64,000 nucleotides of DNA from Akkermansiaceae bacterium (GTDB lineage: Bacteria > Verrucomicrobiota > Verrucomicrobiia > Verrucomicrobiales > Akkermansiaceae). The notes beneath the pieces are model-generated. The model saw only the letters and a list, made by a program, of their open reading frames with translations, was not told where the DNA came from and made no database searches. The translations under genes were made by a program, and so were the position numbers. The stretch is from assembly GCA_903934285.1 (NCBI GenBank), contig CAIZNN010000154.1, positions 6,878 to 70,877 of the forward strand, written 5' to 3'. Below are positions 1-9,131 of this stretch, piece after piece (position 1 is the first letter of the stretch; each line of letters opens with the position of its first letter).

Positions 1-1054
1 TGTCCGCATAATTGAACAACAACTCGCACACCGCGCTCTCGCCATCGCGGCCGGCGCGCCCGGCCTCCTGATAGTATGCCTCCACACTGCCGGGCACCTC
101 GTAGTGGATCACAAAGCGCACGTCCGCACGGTCGATGCCCATGCCAAAGGCATTGGTGGCCACCGCCACATCCGCCTTGCGCTGAATAAACACCTCCTGC
201 GCGCGCTCGCGCTCCGCATCGCTCATGCCGCCATGGTAGGCCACGCATTTGAAGCCCCAACTGGCGAGCGTTTCCGACACCGCCTCGACTTTCTTGCGGG
301 TGGCGCAATACACGATGCCGGTGCGATGGGCGGCGATAACCGCCCGCATCCGCTCGTTTTTCTGTGCCGCGTTATCCACCGCCGTGATGGTCAGTGACAG
401 ATTCGGCCGCGCAAAGCCGCTGACCTGCTCGAAGGGCTCGCGCAGGCCCAGCACGCTGGCGATGTCGTCCCTAACAACCGGGGTGGCCGTGGCGGTCAGC
501 GCCACGCACTGCGGGCGCCCCAACTTATCCAGGGCCTTGCCCAGGCGCAGGTAATCGGGGCGGAAATCATGGCCCCACTGGCTGAGGCAATGGGCCTCAT
601 CGACGGCAAACAACGAGACTTCCACCCCGGCCAGGGCGTTGAGAAAGCTCTCGGCGCGAAACCGCTCCGGGGCGATATAGACCAGCTTGTAGGACCCGTT
701 GCGCATGCCATCCAAGCGTTCCTTTTGCTCCGGCCACGACAAGGTGGAATTGATCATGGTCGCCTCGATGCCGCGCGCCACCAGCGCATCGACCTGGTCC
801 TTCATCAGGGCGATGAGCGGAGAAATGACCAAAGTCACGCCACTGAAACACAGCGCCGGAATTTGAAAGCACAGCGATTTGCCGCCGCCGGTGGGCATCA
901 CCACCAAGCCGTCGCGCCCAGCCACGATTTCGGCAATGACTTCCTCCTGCCCATCCAAAAACCCCGAAAACCCGAAATGCTGCTGCAGCGCCTGATGCGG
1001 CGTCATCACCAACGGCCTGGTGGCGGGAACGGGAGTGGCTGCGGCATCGCTCAT
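1..1054 (-). CDS. recQ: ATP-dependent DNA helicase RecQ, 5' part; runs off the window start
   Basis: Manual translation of the minus strand gives [41 protein letters not shown] and [18 protein letters not shown]. In-frame ATG at 1054 or 1006. Missing from the ORF track because it has no stop in the window. Confidence 0.95.
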   Translation of the reverse strand, partial: MSDAAATPVPATRPLVMTPHQALQQHFGFSGFLDGQEEVIAEIVAGRDGLVVMPTGGGKSLCFQIPALCFSGVTLVISPLIALMKDQVDALVARGIEATMINSTLSWPEQKERLDGMRNGSYKLVYIAPERFRAESFLNALAGVEVSLFAVDEAHCLSQWGHDFRPDYLRLGKALDKLGRPQCVALTATATPVVRDDIASVLGLREPFEQVSGFARPNLSLTITAVDNAAQKNERMRAVIAAHRTGIVYCATRKKVEAVSETLASWGFKCVAYHGGMSDAERERAQEVFIQRKADVAVATNAFGMGIDRADVRFVIHYEVPGSVEAYYQEAGRAGRDGESAVCELLFNYAD

Positions 1055-1103
1055 GGCTTGCACAAATGAACATCAGCCCCCCCACCCATGTCAACTCCGG
1101 ACC

Positions 1104-2396
1104 TCATCCCACCAAGTCACCAATGGAACCGAAATCCGGCGCGAACAAGCGCTTGTAGGTGCGCGCGGCGTAGCCATCGGTCATCCCGGCGAGAAAATCG
1201 CACACCAAGCGCGCCCGCGCCGCAGCGTCGGCAGCGGCGGCGATTTCCGCCGCGGTGTCGGCCGGCAACAGCTGGAAATCCTGGCCATCGATGCGTCCCT
1301 GCGCGATGTAGCGCTGGGCCAGCACCTCCCACAATTGGCGCAGCATCCGGCTGCCCTTGTGCTCGAGTTGTTTCAATTGCGGCGATAGAAACACCACCTC
1401 AAAGGCCAAGCGCTTGAACAAGGCCGACTCGGCCCGCACCGCCTCGTCCACCACCAGGCGGAAGCCATATCGATGGGTCACCCCACTGAGGAAATTCACC
1501 ACGGGCTGCAACGTTGCGGCCTGGATGTAGCGGCCGATGCGTTTGCCCACAAACGGATCGACCCGGTGCTGGCGGATTGCCCGCAGCAACTCGCCCAGCG
1601 AGCTGCCCTCACCGGTTGGCTCGCCCTGGCGTTCCGCCCACGCCTCGATTTTTTCAAGGTGCAGAAAACCGGCCCGCACGCTGTCCGACAAATCGTTGAG
1701 CGAGTAGGCCGTGTCATCCGCCCAATCCATCACCTGGCATTCGATCGACTTGCACGCATCGCGCAGCACACCCGGCCGCAACGCGGCGGGAAACCCATGA
1801 CCGCCCATCGCCCACTCGAGGTGGCCACGCTGGTCGTCATACAAAAAGTGATGCGCCGGCGGGGTGCCGGTGGCGGCCCCCAGCTCGCTCCACAACGATT
1901 TGTATTTGAGCACACCATCCAGAAACGCCCGGCTCGGATCCATGCCGCGGCGGGTCGCGGAGAAAATCCGCTCCGTTAGAATCCGCAGCGTCTGGGCATT
2001 GCCTTCGAAGCCGCCCTGCTCGCGCAGCAAATGATTGAGGGTGCGCTCGCCCGCATGCCCAAACGGCGGATGGCCCAAATCATGCGACAAGCAAATCGCC
2101 TCGATCAGGTCCGGATCAATGAAAAAGCCCTCGTCGAGCGGCCCGCCCGGCCGCGTCTGCAGCCAATAGCAAATCGACTTGCCAATCTGCGCCACCTCCA
2201 GCGAATGGGTCAAACGGGTCCGGTAAAAATCATACTCGCCGCTCCAAAACACCTGGGTCTTGTTTTGTAAACGCCGAAACGTCGGCGTATGCAACACCCG
2301 GTCCCGGTCTATCTGAAACGCCGTGCGGTAATCTGCTCCCACACCCGTCGCCGCGCGCCGCTCCACATCAAATTCGCCGTAAAATCCGTTCAGCAT
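1104..2396 (-). CDS. dgt: Deoxyguanosinetriphosphate triphosphohydrolase (dGTPase, HD family)
   Basis: DRDRVLH..FRRLQNKTQV, RTRLTHSLEVAQIG, HDLGHPPFGHAGE, FEGNAQTLR and DDTAYS motifs. ATG 2396 chosen because a -10 element lies 7 nt upstream. Confidence 0.95.
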   Translation of the reverse strand: MLNGFYGEFDVERRAATGVGADYRTAFQIDRDRVLHTPTFRRLQNKTQVFWSGEYDFYRTRLTHSLEVAQIGKSICYWLQTRPGGPLDEGFFIDPDLIEAICLSHDLGHPPFGHAGERTLNHLLREQGGFEGNAQTLRILTERIFSATRRGMDPSRAFLDGVLKYKSLWSELGAATGTPPAHHFLYDDQRGHLEWAMGGHGFPAALRPGVLRDACKSIECQVMDWADDTAYSLNDLSDSVRAGFLHLEKIEAWAERQGEPTGEGSSLGELLRAIRQHRVDPFVGKRIGRYIQAATLQPVVNFLSGVTHRYGFRLVVDEAVRAESALFKRLAFEVVFLSPQLKQLEHKGSRMLRQLWEVLAQRYIAQGRIDGQDFQLLPADTAAEIAAAADAAARARLVCDFLAGMTDGYAARTYKRLFAPDFGSIGDLVG

Positions 2397-2547
2397 CGCC
2401 ACCACCCTAGCTTGTGCCCCCCGCCCGCGGCAATCCTTTCCTCACCAGCCTTGCCCTAGTCCTCCGCCACCCGCGCCCGCAACCCACCCCCCAACAAGGA
2501 CGACTCCGCCTTGTCGTGGCACGCCATGACCGGGGTCGCGCGCTGGC

Positions 2548-2808
2548 TTACGCTTGCTCGAGCAACTTTTCCACCTTGCGGATGGTTGTCGCCGTATGCT
2601 TGCCGTTGACCCGCTTGGCACCTTCGAGAACCGCTTTGACTGCGGCCAGAGCGGCCTCGGCAGCTACAAACGATTTTTTGTCGCCGCCGTATTTCTTGTC
2701 GGAGAAATACTTCGTAAACACGGTCCCGGAGCGACTGATCGACAGGCGCCAACCCTGGAACGCGGCGGTTTCGTACGTGAAGCGGGTTAGATTTTTGATC
2801 GATTTCAT
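2548..2808 (-). CDS. Small basic protein, AP2-like DNA-binding domain (86 aa)
   Basis: GWRLSISRSG..FTKYFSDKKYGG..SFVAAEAA resembles bacterial/phage AP2 domains; Lys-rich; host-like codon usage. Confidence 0.6.
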   Translation of the reverse strand: MKSIKNLTRFTYETAAFQGWRLSISRSGTVFTKYFSDKKYGGDKKSFVAAEAALAAVKAVLEGAKRVNGKHTATTIRKVEKLLEQA

Positions 2809-3006
2809 AATTGTTGGTGTTCGGTTTTTCCCTTGGGGCAGCCCCTCGGGGCCGTAAAATAACCGATTTCTAGCGGGGTTTCAAGCGGTTTTCCGCGCTT
2901 CCTAGTGAAAAATCCGGGGGCGGCGGCGATTTCCGCGAAAAATTTGCTTGGCAAGCAGGACCAATCCACCGTTAAGTCCCCGCCCCGCGAGCAATCTGAA
3001 ATCGCC

Positions 3007-3058
3007 GTTGGTCCTCCAAGTCATTCCACCCGGAATGACCGGCTCGCTGGAGGGCAAC
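3007..3058 (+). promoter_or_regulatory. Structured 5' leader upstream of rpoA
   Basis: Nested stems GTTG/CAAC, CCTCCA(3013-18)/TGGAGG(3048-53) and GTCATTCC(3020-27)/GGAATGAC(3032-39), ending 20 nt before the ATG. Confidence 0.45.
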
Positions 3059-3077
3059 CCGGCCTAACCAAGATACC

Positions 3078-4169
3078 ATGTCAACCCCTGTTAAACTGGC
3101 TCGTTTCGAGCTGCCCAACCGCCTCCTCCGCAACGAGGACACCGCCACCGATACCTACGCCCAATTCACCGCCGAACCCTTCGAGCGCGGTTACGGCCAC
3201 ACCATCGGCAATTCGCTGCGCCGCGTGCTGCTCTCCTCGTTGGAAGGCGCCGCCATCACCTCGGTGCGCATCGCCGGGGTGCAACACGAATTCTCCAGCC
3301 TGCCCGGCGTGGTGGAAGACGTCACCGACATAGTGCTCAACCTCAAGAAGGTGAAGTTCCATCACAACGACAAGGAACCGCGCATCCTCTCCATCAAAGT
3401 GGAGAAAGAAGGCGTGATCACCGCCGGCGACATCATCGACGACCACATTTACCAAGTCGTCAACAAGGAGCAAGTCATTTGCGTGCTGGACAAAAAGGTC
3501 AAATTCGACTGCGAGTTTGAAGTGCGGGTTGGCCGCGGATTTTCCACCGGCGATGAAAACAAGCGCAAGGACCAGCCCATCGGCGTCATCGCCATCGACT
3601 CGATCTACTCACCGGTGACCCGGGTCAAATATGCGGTGGACACCACCCGCGTCGGTCAAATGACCGACTTCGACAAGCTCACCCTCGACATCTGGACCGA
3701 CGGTCGCACCTCGCCGCAGGACGCGCTGTTGCAGGCGTCGGCGATTCTGCGCCACCACCTCGACGTGTTCGTCAACTACGACGAAAACGCCGTCGGCTTC
3801 GAAGCCGCCCCGGCCGAATCCAGCGAGGAAAACGCCGCCCTCAAGAAGCTGCTCAACATGTCGGTCAACGAAATCGAGCTGTCGGTGCGCGCCGCCAATT
3901 GCCTCAACAACGCCAATATCACCACCGTCGGCCAGCTCGCCATGAAGACCGAGGCGGAAATGCTCAAGTACCGCAACTTCGGCAAGAAATCCCTCAACGA
4001 AATCAAGGACAAGCTCGTCGAGCTCGGCCTGGGTCTCGGCATGACCTTTGAGCCCGCCCTGCTCACCGGCCCGGGCACCGCCTCGCGCGGACCGCGGCTC
4101 GGGGTTGAAGACGAGGCCCCGGTAGGCCTGGCCGATCTGATCGCACAAAACATCGAAGACGACGAATAA
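3078..4169 (+). CDS. rpoA: DNA-directed RNA polymerase subunit alpha
   Basis: AEPFERGYGHTIGNSLRRVLLSSLEGAAI, HEFSSLPGVVEDV and alpha-CTD ELSVRAANCL..NFGKKSLNEI. Confidence 0.99.
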   Translation: MSTPVKLARFELPNRLLRNEDTATDTYAQFTAEPFERGYGHTIGNSLRRVLLSSLEGAAITSVRIAGVQHEFSSLPGVVEDVTDIVLNLKKVKFHHNDKEPRILSIKVEKEGVITAGDIIDDHIYQVVNKEQVICVLDKKVKFDCEFEVRVGRGFSTGDENKRKDQPIGVIAIDSIYSPVTRVKYAVDTTRVGQMTDFDKLTLDIWTDGRTSPQDALLQASAILRHHLDVFVNYDENAVGFEAAPAESSEENAALKKLLNMSVNEIELSVRAANCLNNANITTVGQLAMKTEAEMLKYRNFGKKSLNEIKDKLVELGLGLGMTFEPALLTGPGTASRGPRLGVEDEAPVGLADLIAQNIEDDE

Positions 4170-4200
4170 TCCCCACCCTCACTAGAAACGGAAGCCCCCG

Positions 4201-4620
4201 ATGAGACATCGACGCAACACCACCAAGCTCAAACGCTCCGCCTCCCACCGCCGCTCGCTGCTCGCCAATCTGGCCTGCAGCCTCATCGAGCATGGGAAAA
4301 TCAAAACCACCCTCGGCAAGGCCAAAGCGCTGCGCCCGGTGGCCGAGAAGTTGATCACCCTCGCCAAGCGCGACGATCTGCACTCGCGCCGTCTGGCCAT
4401 CGCTTTCCTCCACCAAAAGGAAACCGTCAAAAAGCTGTTCGCCGAGGTGGCCCCCGCCTCCAAGGACCGCCAGGGCGGCTACTGCCGCATCACCAAGCTC
4501 GGGCCCCGCACCAGCGACGCCGCACCGATGGCCATCATCGAGTGGGTCGACCGCAGCGTGGAAGCTGAAGCTGAAGCCGCCGCCGAAGAACCAGCCGTGG
4601 CCACCGCTGCCGCCGAGTAA
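4201..4620 (+). CDS. rplQ: 50S ribosomal protein L17
   Basis: MRHRRNTTKLKRSASHRRSLLANL..IKTTLGKAKALR..GGYCRITKLGPRTSDAAPMAIIE; directly follows rpoA. Confidence 0.99.
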   Translation: MRHRRNTTKLKRSASHRRSLLANLACSLIEHGKIKTTLGKAKALRPVAEKLITLAKRDDLHSRRLAIAFLHQKETVKKLFAEVAPASKDRQGGYCRITKLGPRTSDAAPMAIIEWVDRSVEAEAEAAAEEPAVATAAAE

Positions 4621-4645
4621 CCGGCGCGCGCCACCCCATCCATCC

Positions 4646-4683
4646 GAGAGCCGCCCGTGCCACCCGCGCGGGCGGCTTTCTTT
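4646..4683 (+). terminator. Rho-independent terminator of rpoA-rplQ
   Basis: GAGAGCCGCCCGTGC / GCGCGGGCGGCTTTC stem followed by TTTCTTT. Confidence 0.75.
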
Positions 4684-4709
4684 GCGCGCGTGGTGCGGGC
4701 AGCGATCGC

Positions 4710-5431
4710 GGCGGGGTCTGGAGAATGCCGAGGCGCGGATAGAGCTCCATCACCCGCGCCATTTTCAGGATGTCCGCCCCATCCATCAGGCTGTCGGCAT
4801 TCAATACCAGCATGGCCTCATAGGCACCACCCCAGGTGCGGACAAAGTCACCGATGTTGCCGGCCCTGTGGTTTTCGTTGGTTTCACGCCGGCGGTAGCA
4901 GATGCGGCCGAAGCCATCGAGGCGGCGGCAGAGGTTGGTCCAGGCGGTTTCCTCGAGCACCCACAAGTTGAGGTCGCGCGTGTCGCTGAGGAGGAAGAAA
5001 TCGAAGGCGCTGAGTTGGCCGGTGGCTTGCAGCGAGCGGTAGATCGCCTCGATGCGGGCGCAGACGCGCACGCTGTCCTCGTTGTAGATGGGCATGACGA
5101 TGGCGAAGCGCCGGGCCAGCTGGAATGTTAGACCGTCGGTCAGGCGGGTGATGCGCGCCGCGCGGCGGCGGCCGCGGAGGGTGTCGAAGGCGCCAAACAC
5201 GGCGTGGAACGAGCCGAGCACGAGCAAGCCATTGAGCACCAGAAACACCGCCAACAACAGGCAGTGCGACCGTTGAAAAACCATCCGCCAGAACAGGTCG
5301 GCCATCCACAAACAAGCCGCGAGATTGACCAGCAGCGTGCTGCTGAAAAACACCAAGCGCCGCAGCCAGCGCCAGAAGTGCCCGAAAAACGGGCGGGTGG
5401 CATCACGCGGCGTTGGCTCGGGAGCATCCAT
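4710..5431 (-). pseudogene. opgH: Truncated glucans biosynthesis glucosyltransferase H (OpgH/MdoH)
   Basis: AIVMPIYNED, FDFFLLSDT, YRRRETNENHRAGNIGDFVRTWG, LNADSLMDG, GILQTPP. Similarity stops at about 4710 and the frame then reads through the rplQ terminator to 4535. The C-terminal catalytic and membrane part is missing. Confidence 0.8.
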
Positions 5432-5808
5432 CAGTCAAAGAAGAAGAACCACAGGGGTGCGGAAATGACTGCCAGCAGGAGGGCGACGACCATCATGCGG
5501 ACGATCGGGCGGCGGTCCATGGTATCCCACCATTGCGCGGCGCTGTTGCCAAAGGCATTGAGTTCGAGCGGCTTGGCGACCATCGGCAGGCCGGCGAAAT
5601 TCGGCCCGGCGGCCAGATAGCAACTGCGCATCGCCGCGACGAACGCACCCGGCCAGGGCGGCGGCGTGAGGAACACACTCTGCCATTGGTCGGGCATGCC
5701 GGTGAGCAGCAGGGCAAGGCGGCCACGGGCGGCGAGGCGGCTGTTTTCCAGCGGTTCGGCCAACACGTCCTGGGTCCAGGCCGAGATTTCCGCCAGCGCT
5801 TCTTCCAT
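5431..5808 (-). CDS. Hypothetical membrane protein coupled to opgH (possibly 5'-truncated)
   Basis: 125-aa ORF with a C-terminal hydrophobic helix; its stop overlaps the opgH ATG. Confidence 0.5.
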   Translation of the reverse strand: MEEALAEISAWTQDVLAEPLENSRLAARGRLALLLTGMPDQWQSVFLTPPPWPGAFVAAMRSCYLAAGPNFAGLPMVAKPLELNAFGNSAAQWWDTMDRRPIVRMMVVALLLAVISAPLWFFFFD

Positions 5809-5900
5809 GGCGAGCGGGCTGGCGGGTTGCCACAGCGTCGTGACTTAGCCGTGTTGACAACAAAATTGGCATTTGCCGTCAACCATGACCATCGGCGGGG

Positions 5901-6572
5901 TCACGCAAACTGCAACAGCGAATCGACCTCGAGAAAATCCTGGCCATAGATCAGGTGTGCCAGCAGCGGCACCCCGGCGAGGTCCTCGAGCACCCCTTTG
6001 TTGGTGATCATCGCGGTGTCCATTTCGTCCTCTAACTGGTTGAGGACGATCCCGGCACAGGTCAGGCCGCGGCTGCGAATCGCGTTGACGGTCAGCAGCA
6101 CGTGGTTGAGGCAACCGAGGCGGTTGGCGGCCACCACGATGACCGGCAGGGCGAGCGCCGCGGCCAAATCCGCCACGCGCAGGCCGGGGGCCAGCGGCAC
6201 CTCCCAGCCGCCGACGCCTTCCACCAGCACGCTGGCGTGACGTGCGGCGAGGTGTTGATAGCCCTGCATCAATTCGGCGAGCGTGATGTTGCGGTTTTCC
6301 AACATGGCGGCGACCAGCGGGGCGAGCGCGGGTTTGAGAAACACCGGGTTGACCTCATCCCGCGGCAGATCGCCCGAGGCGGCGGCCAGGATGGTGGCAT
6401 CCGCCCGATTGCCGCAGGCCACCGGCTTGTAGCCGACCGCGTCGATGCCCTCGTTGCGCAGGGTTGCCAGGATCAAGCGGGTCACGTAGGTCTTGCCCAC
6501 GTCGGTATCGGTGCCGGTGATGAATGCGCTCACCCCCAAGCCGTGGCTTAACTCGCGCGCGGCGTCAAGCAT
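5901..6572 (-). CDS. bioD: Dethiobiotin synthase
   Basis: FITGTDTDVGKT, GYKPVACG, LVEGVGG and RLGCLNH motifs. Start uncertain (6572 ATG or 6533 GTG); the track's 6725 looks over-extended. Confidence 0.92.
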   Translation of the reverse strand: MLDAARELSHGLGVSAFITGTDTDVGKTYVTRLILATLRNEGIDAVGYKPVACGNRADATILAAASGDLPRDEVNPVFLKPALAPLVAAMLENRNITLAELMQGYQHLAARHASVLVEGVGGWEVPLAPGLRVADLAAALALPVIVVAANRLGCLNHVLLTVNAIRSRGLTCAGIVLNQLEDEMDTAMITNKGVLEDLAGVPLLAHLIYGQDFLEVDSLLQFA

Positions 6573-6708
6573 TGTGGCTGCGGCGTCCTGCCGCAGGCCG
6601 TGGCGGCGCGCCGCCGGCCGCCGCGGCCATGGGACGTCCATGGTGATTTCATTTAGGGTGCCGCCCCCCAGCGGTTCCCGATGCGCGAAACTTGCCGCAG
6701 AAAACCGC

Positions 6709-6741
6709 TTGCCAATCCGCTGCACTGTATTACGGTATTAC
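6709..6741 (+). promoter_or_regulatory. Promoter and probable operator of the vapBC module
   Basis: TTGCCA-N16-TACGGT-N7-ATG, overlapped by direct repeats GTATTAC (6727-33 and 6735-41). Confidence 0.5.
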
Positions 6742-6743
6742 TC

Positions 6744-6986
6744 ATGAAGACAATCACCTTCAAAGTCAGCGATGACGAGGCGAGCCTGATCCGCCATCTG
6801 GCCAAACTGGAGCGGGTCAGCTTGTCGGGGTATTTGCGCCGGCGGGCCACTGGCATGGGCAAGGTGCCAGCATTGCCGCAGCGGGTGCGTTGCGAGTTCA
6901 CCGGGGCGATGATTTTTGCCCCGATGCCTGGCCAGAACGGGCTGACCACAGCGGCCGTGCGTGAAATGCTTGGCGAGTTCCCGTGA
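6744..6986 (+). CDS. Ribbon-helix-helix antitoxin (VapB-like)
   Basis: MKTITFKVSDDEASLIRHLAKLERVSLSGYLRR has an RHH pattern; overlaps the downstream PIN gene by 4 nt. Confidence 0.75.
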   Translation: MKTITFKVSDDEASLIRHLAKLERVSLSGYLRRRATGMGKVPALPQRVRCEFTGAMIFAPMPGQNGLTTAAVREMLGEFP

Positions 6987-7402
6987 TGAACTACCTGCTC
7001 GACGTCAACGTGTTAGTTGCGTGGGGGTGGGCGGATCATGCCGACCACCCGCGGGTTGGGGCGTGGCTTGGCAAGATGAAGGCAAAGCGTGGCATCACGC
7101 TGGTCACCTCGGCCATCCCTGAGTTGGGCTTTGTTCGCGTTTCGGTCCAGCGCACCGGCGGCCGCCTGCCGGTGTCCGAAGCGGCAGCGACTTTGGCAGG
7201 AATGTTGGGGTCGCTCGGCAAACAGCATGGGTTTTTGCCCGATGATTGCTCCACTGCCGGGGGATTGCCTCCCTGGTGTACGGCCGCTTCCCGCACGACC
7301 GACGCCCATCTTGTCACCTTGGCAGCGCGCCACGGTGGCCGTCTGGCCACGCTTGACGAGGGTATTCCGAATGCGTTTTTGATTCCCATGCACGGGATTT
7401 GA
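6983..7402 (+). CDS. vapC: PIN-domain toxin (VapC-like)
   Basis: YLLDVNVLVA..ELGFVRV..TDAHLVTLAARHGGRLATLD with the conserved acidic PIN residues. Confidence 0.88.
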   Translation: MMNYLLDVNVLVAWGWADHADHPRVGAWLGKMKAKRGITLVTSAIPELGFVRVSVQRTGGRLPVSEAAATLAGMLGSLGKQHGFLPDDCSTAGGLPPWCTAASRTTDAHLVTLAARHGGRLATLDEGIPNAFLIPMHGI

Positions 7403-7528
7403 GGGATGTCGTGGGGCGGGTGCTGCAGGAATTTCTCTCGCACATGCGCCGCGCGGTCCCGCAGACAGGCAACGAAGACGCAGCAACCACGGCCTGCCGC
7501 GGGACGCCGCAGCCACGCCGCGCACCGC

Positions 7529-9124
7529 CTACCGCCGCAGCTTGCGCAATACCATCGCGAGGGCCTCGTCGGCTTCCCTCACCCGCAGCAGCTTGGCAGT
7601 TAGAAAGTAGGCCGCCGCGGCCACGCCGACGGTGGCGGCGAGCCAGCCGAGGCGCGCCAGCTGCGCGAGTTTGCCGGGGTCCTGGAACAGGAAATGAGTG
7701 GCGGCGAGGCACACGCCAGCCATGACCGCGGCGGCCAGCAGCAGCTTGGCCAGCATGCCTAACAGGCCGGCGGTGTCCAGCCCGCCGGCGAACTTGCGCA
7801 TCACGGCGTAGAGGATCAGGAAGTTGATGCAGGCGCTGATGCTGGTGGTTAGTGCCAGCGATTGGTGGCCCCAGCGCAGCACGATGACAAACAGATAGTT
7901 GCAGCCGAGATTGACGCCCAGCGCGAAGAGGCTCACCAGCATTGGGAACCAGCGCTTGTCGATGGCATAGAACGCCGGTTGCAAGACCTTGAGCCAGGCA
8001 TAGAACAACAGGCCGTAGCCGTAGGCGCGCAATGCGATGGCGGTTTGCAGGCGGTCGTGGGCATCGAAGGCGCGGCGTTCGTACAGCAAGCTGACCAGCG
8101 GTTCGGCCAGCAGGATGAGGCCGAGGGTGGAGGGCAGCACCAGAAACGCCACCAGCCGCAGCCCCTTGGTTAGAGTGGGCTTGAACTCGGCGGAAATGCC
8201 GCCGATGGCCGCGCGCGAGAGCGCCGGCAAGGTGACGGTGGCCACCGCCACGCCGAACACGCCGATGGGCAGTTGCATCAGGCGGAAGGCGTAGTTGAGC
8301 CAACTCACCGCGCCCTCACTCACCGAGTAGGCGAACATCGCGTTGATCACCACGTTGACTTGCACCACGGAGGCGGCGATGATCGCCGGGGCCATCAGGT
8401 GGAGGATTTGGCGCACGCCGGAATCCCGCCACTGGAAGTTGGCCACGAAGTGATAGCCGGTGCGCCGCAAGGCCGGGAATTGGCAGGTCAATTGCGCCAG
8501 GCCGCCAATGACCACGCCGATGGCAAAGCCGATGAGGCTGCGCGGGCCCCAGGCAGGGTCCATCCAATAGCCGAGGGCGGCGCCGCCAAGCATGGAGCCG
8601 ATGTTGAAAAAACACGAGGCGAGCGCGGGAATGCCGAAGACATTGCGGGCGTTGAGCAAGCCCATCACCAGTGCCGCCAGCGATACTAACAGGATGAACG
8701 GATACATCACCCGCACCATCGTCACAATGAGCGCCACCTCCGCCGGGTTGTAATCCTGGCGCGCCGCGCCGCTGCGCGCCAGCACGGTGAGGATATCCAC
8801 GATCCACGGCGCGAGGGCCATGCCCAGCAGCGTCACCCCGCTCATGAACACGGCGGCGAGGGTCAGCATCTTGTTAGCCAGGTGCCAGGCGGACGCCTCG
8901 CCCTCGGTCGTGAGCTTCTTGGTAAAGGTGGTCACGAACGCCTGCGACAAGGCGCCTTCCGCAAACAAGTCGCGCAACAAGTTAGGCACCTTGAAGGCCA
9001 GGTAAAAACAGTCCATCCACTTGCTGCCGCCAAACAACGCGGCAAACATCATTTCCCGCGCCAAGCCGAGCACGCGGCTGGCCATGACGGCAGCGCTGAC
9101 TTTCCAAGTGGCTTTGGCGGACAT
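7529..9124 (-). CDS. murJ: Lipid II flippase MurJ (MviN)
   Basis: SRVLGLAREMMFAALFG, AFKVPNLLRDLFAEGALSQAFV and RLMQLPIGVFGVAVAT; multi-TM. True start about 9124 (MSAKATWKVS); the track start 9778 overlaps hisD. Confidence 0.95.
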   Translation of the reverse strand: MSAKATWKVSAAVMASRVLGLAREMMFAALFGGSKWMDCFYLAFKVPNLLRDLFAEGALSQAFVTTFTKKLTTEGEASAWHLANKMLTLAAVFMSGVTLLGMALAPWIVDILTVLARSGAARQDYNPAEVALIVTMVRVMYPFILLVSLAALVMGLLNARNVFGIPALASCFFNIGSMLGGAALGYWMDPAWGPRSLIGFAIGVVIGGLAQLTCQFPALRRTGYHFVANFQWRDSGVRQILHLMAPAIIAASVVQVNVVINAMFAYSVSEGAVSWLNYAFRLMQLPIGVFGVAVATVTLPALSRAAIGGISAEFKPTLTKGLRLVAFLVLPSTLGLILLAEPLVSLLYERRAFDAHDRLQTAIALRAYGYGLLFYAWLKVLQPAFYAIDKRWFPMLVSLFALGVNLGCNYLFVIVLRWGHQSLALTTSISACINFLILYAVMRKFAGGLDTAGLLGMLAKLLLAAAVMAGVCLAATHFLFQDPGKLAQLARLGWLAATVGVAAAAYFLTAKLLRVREADEALAMVLRKLRR

Positions 9125-9131
9125 GAGGAGC

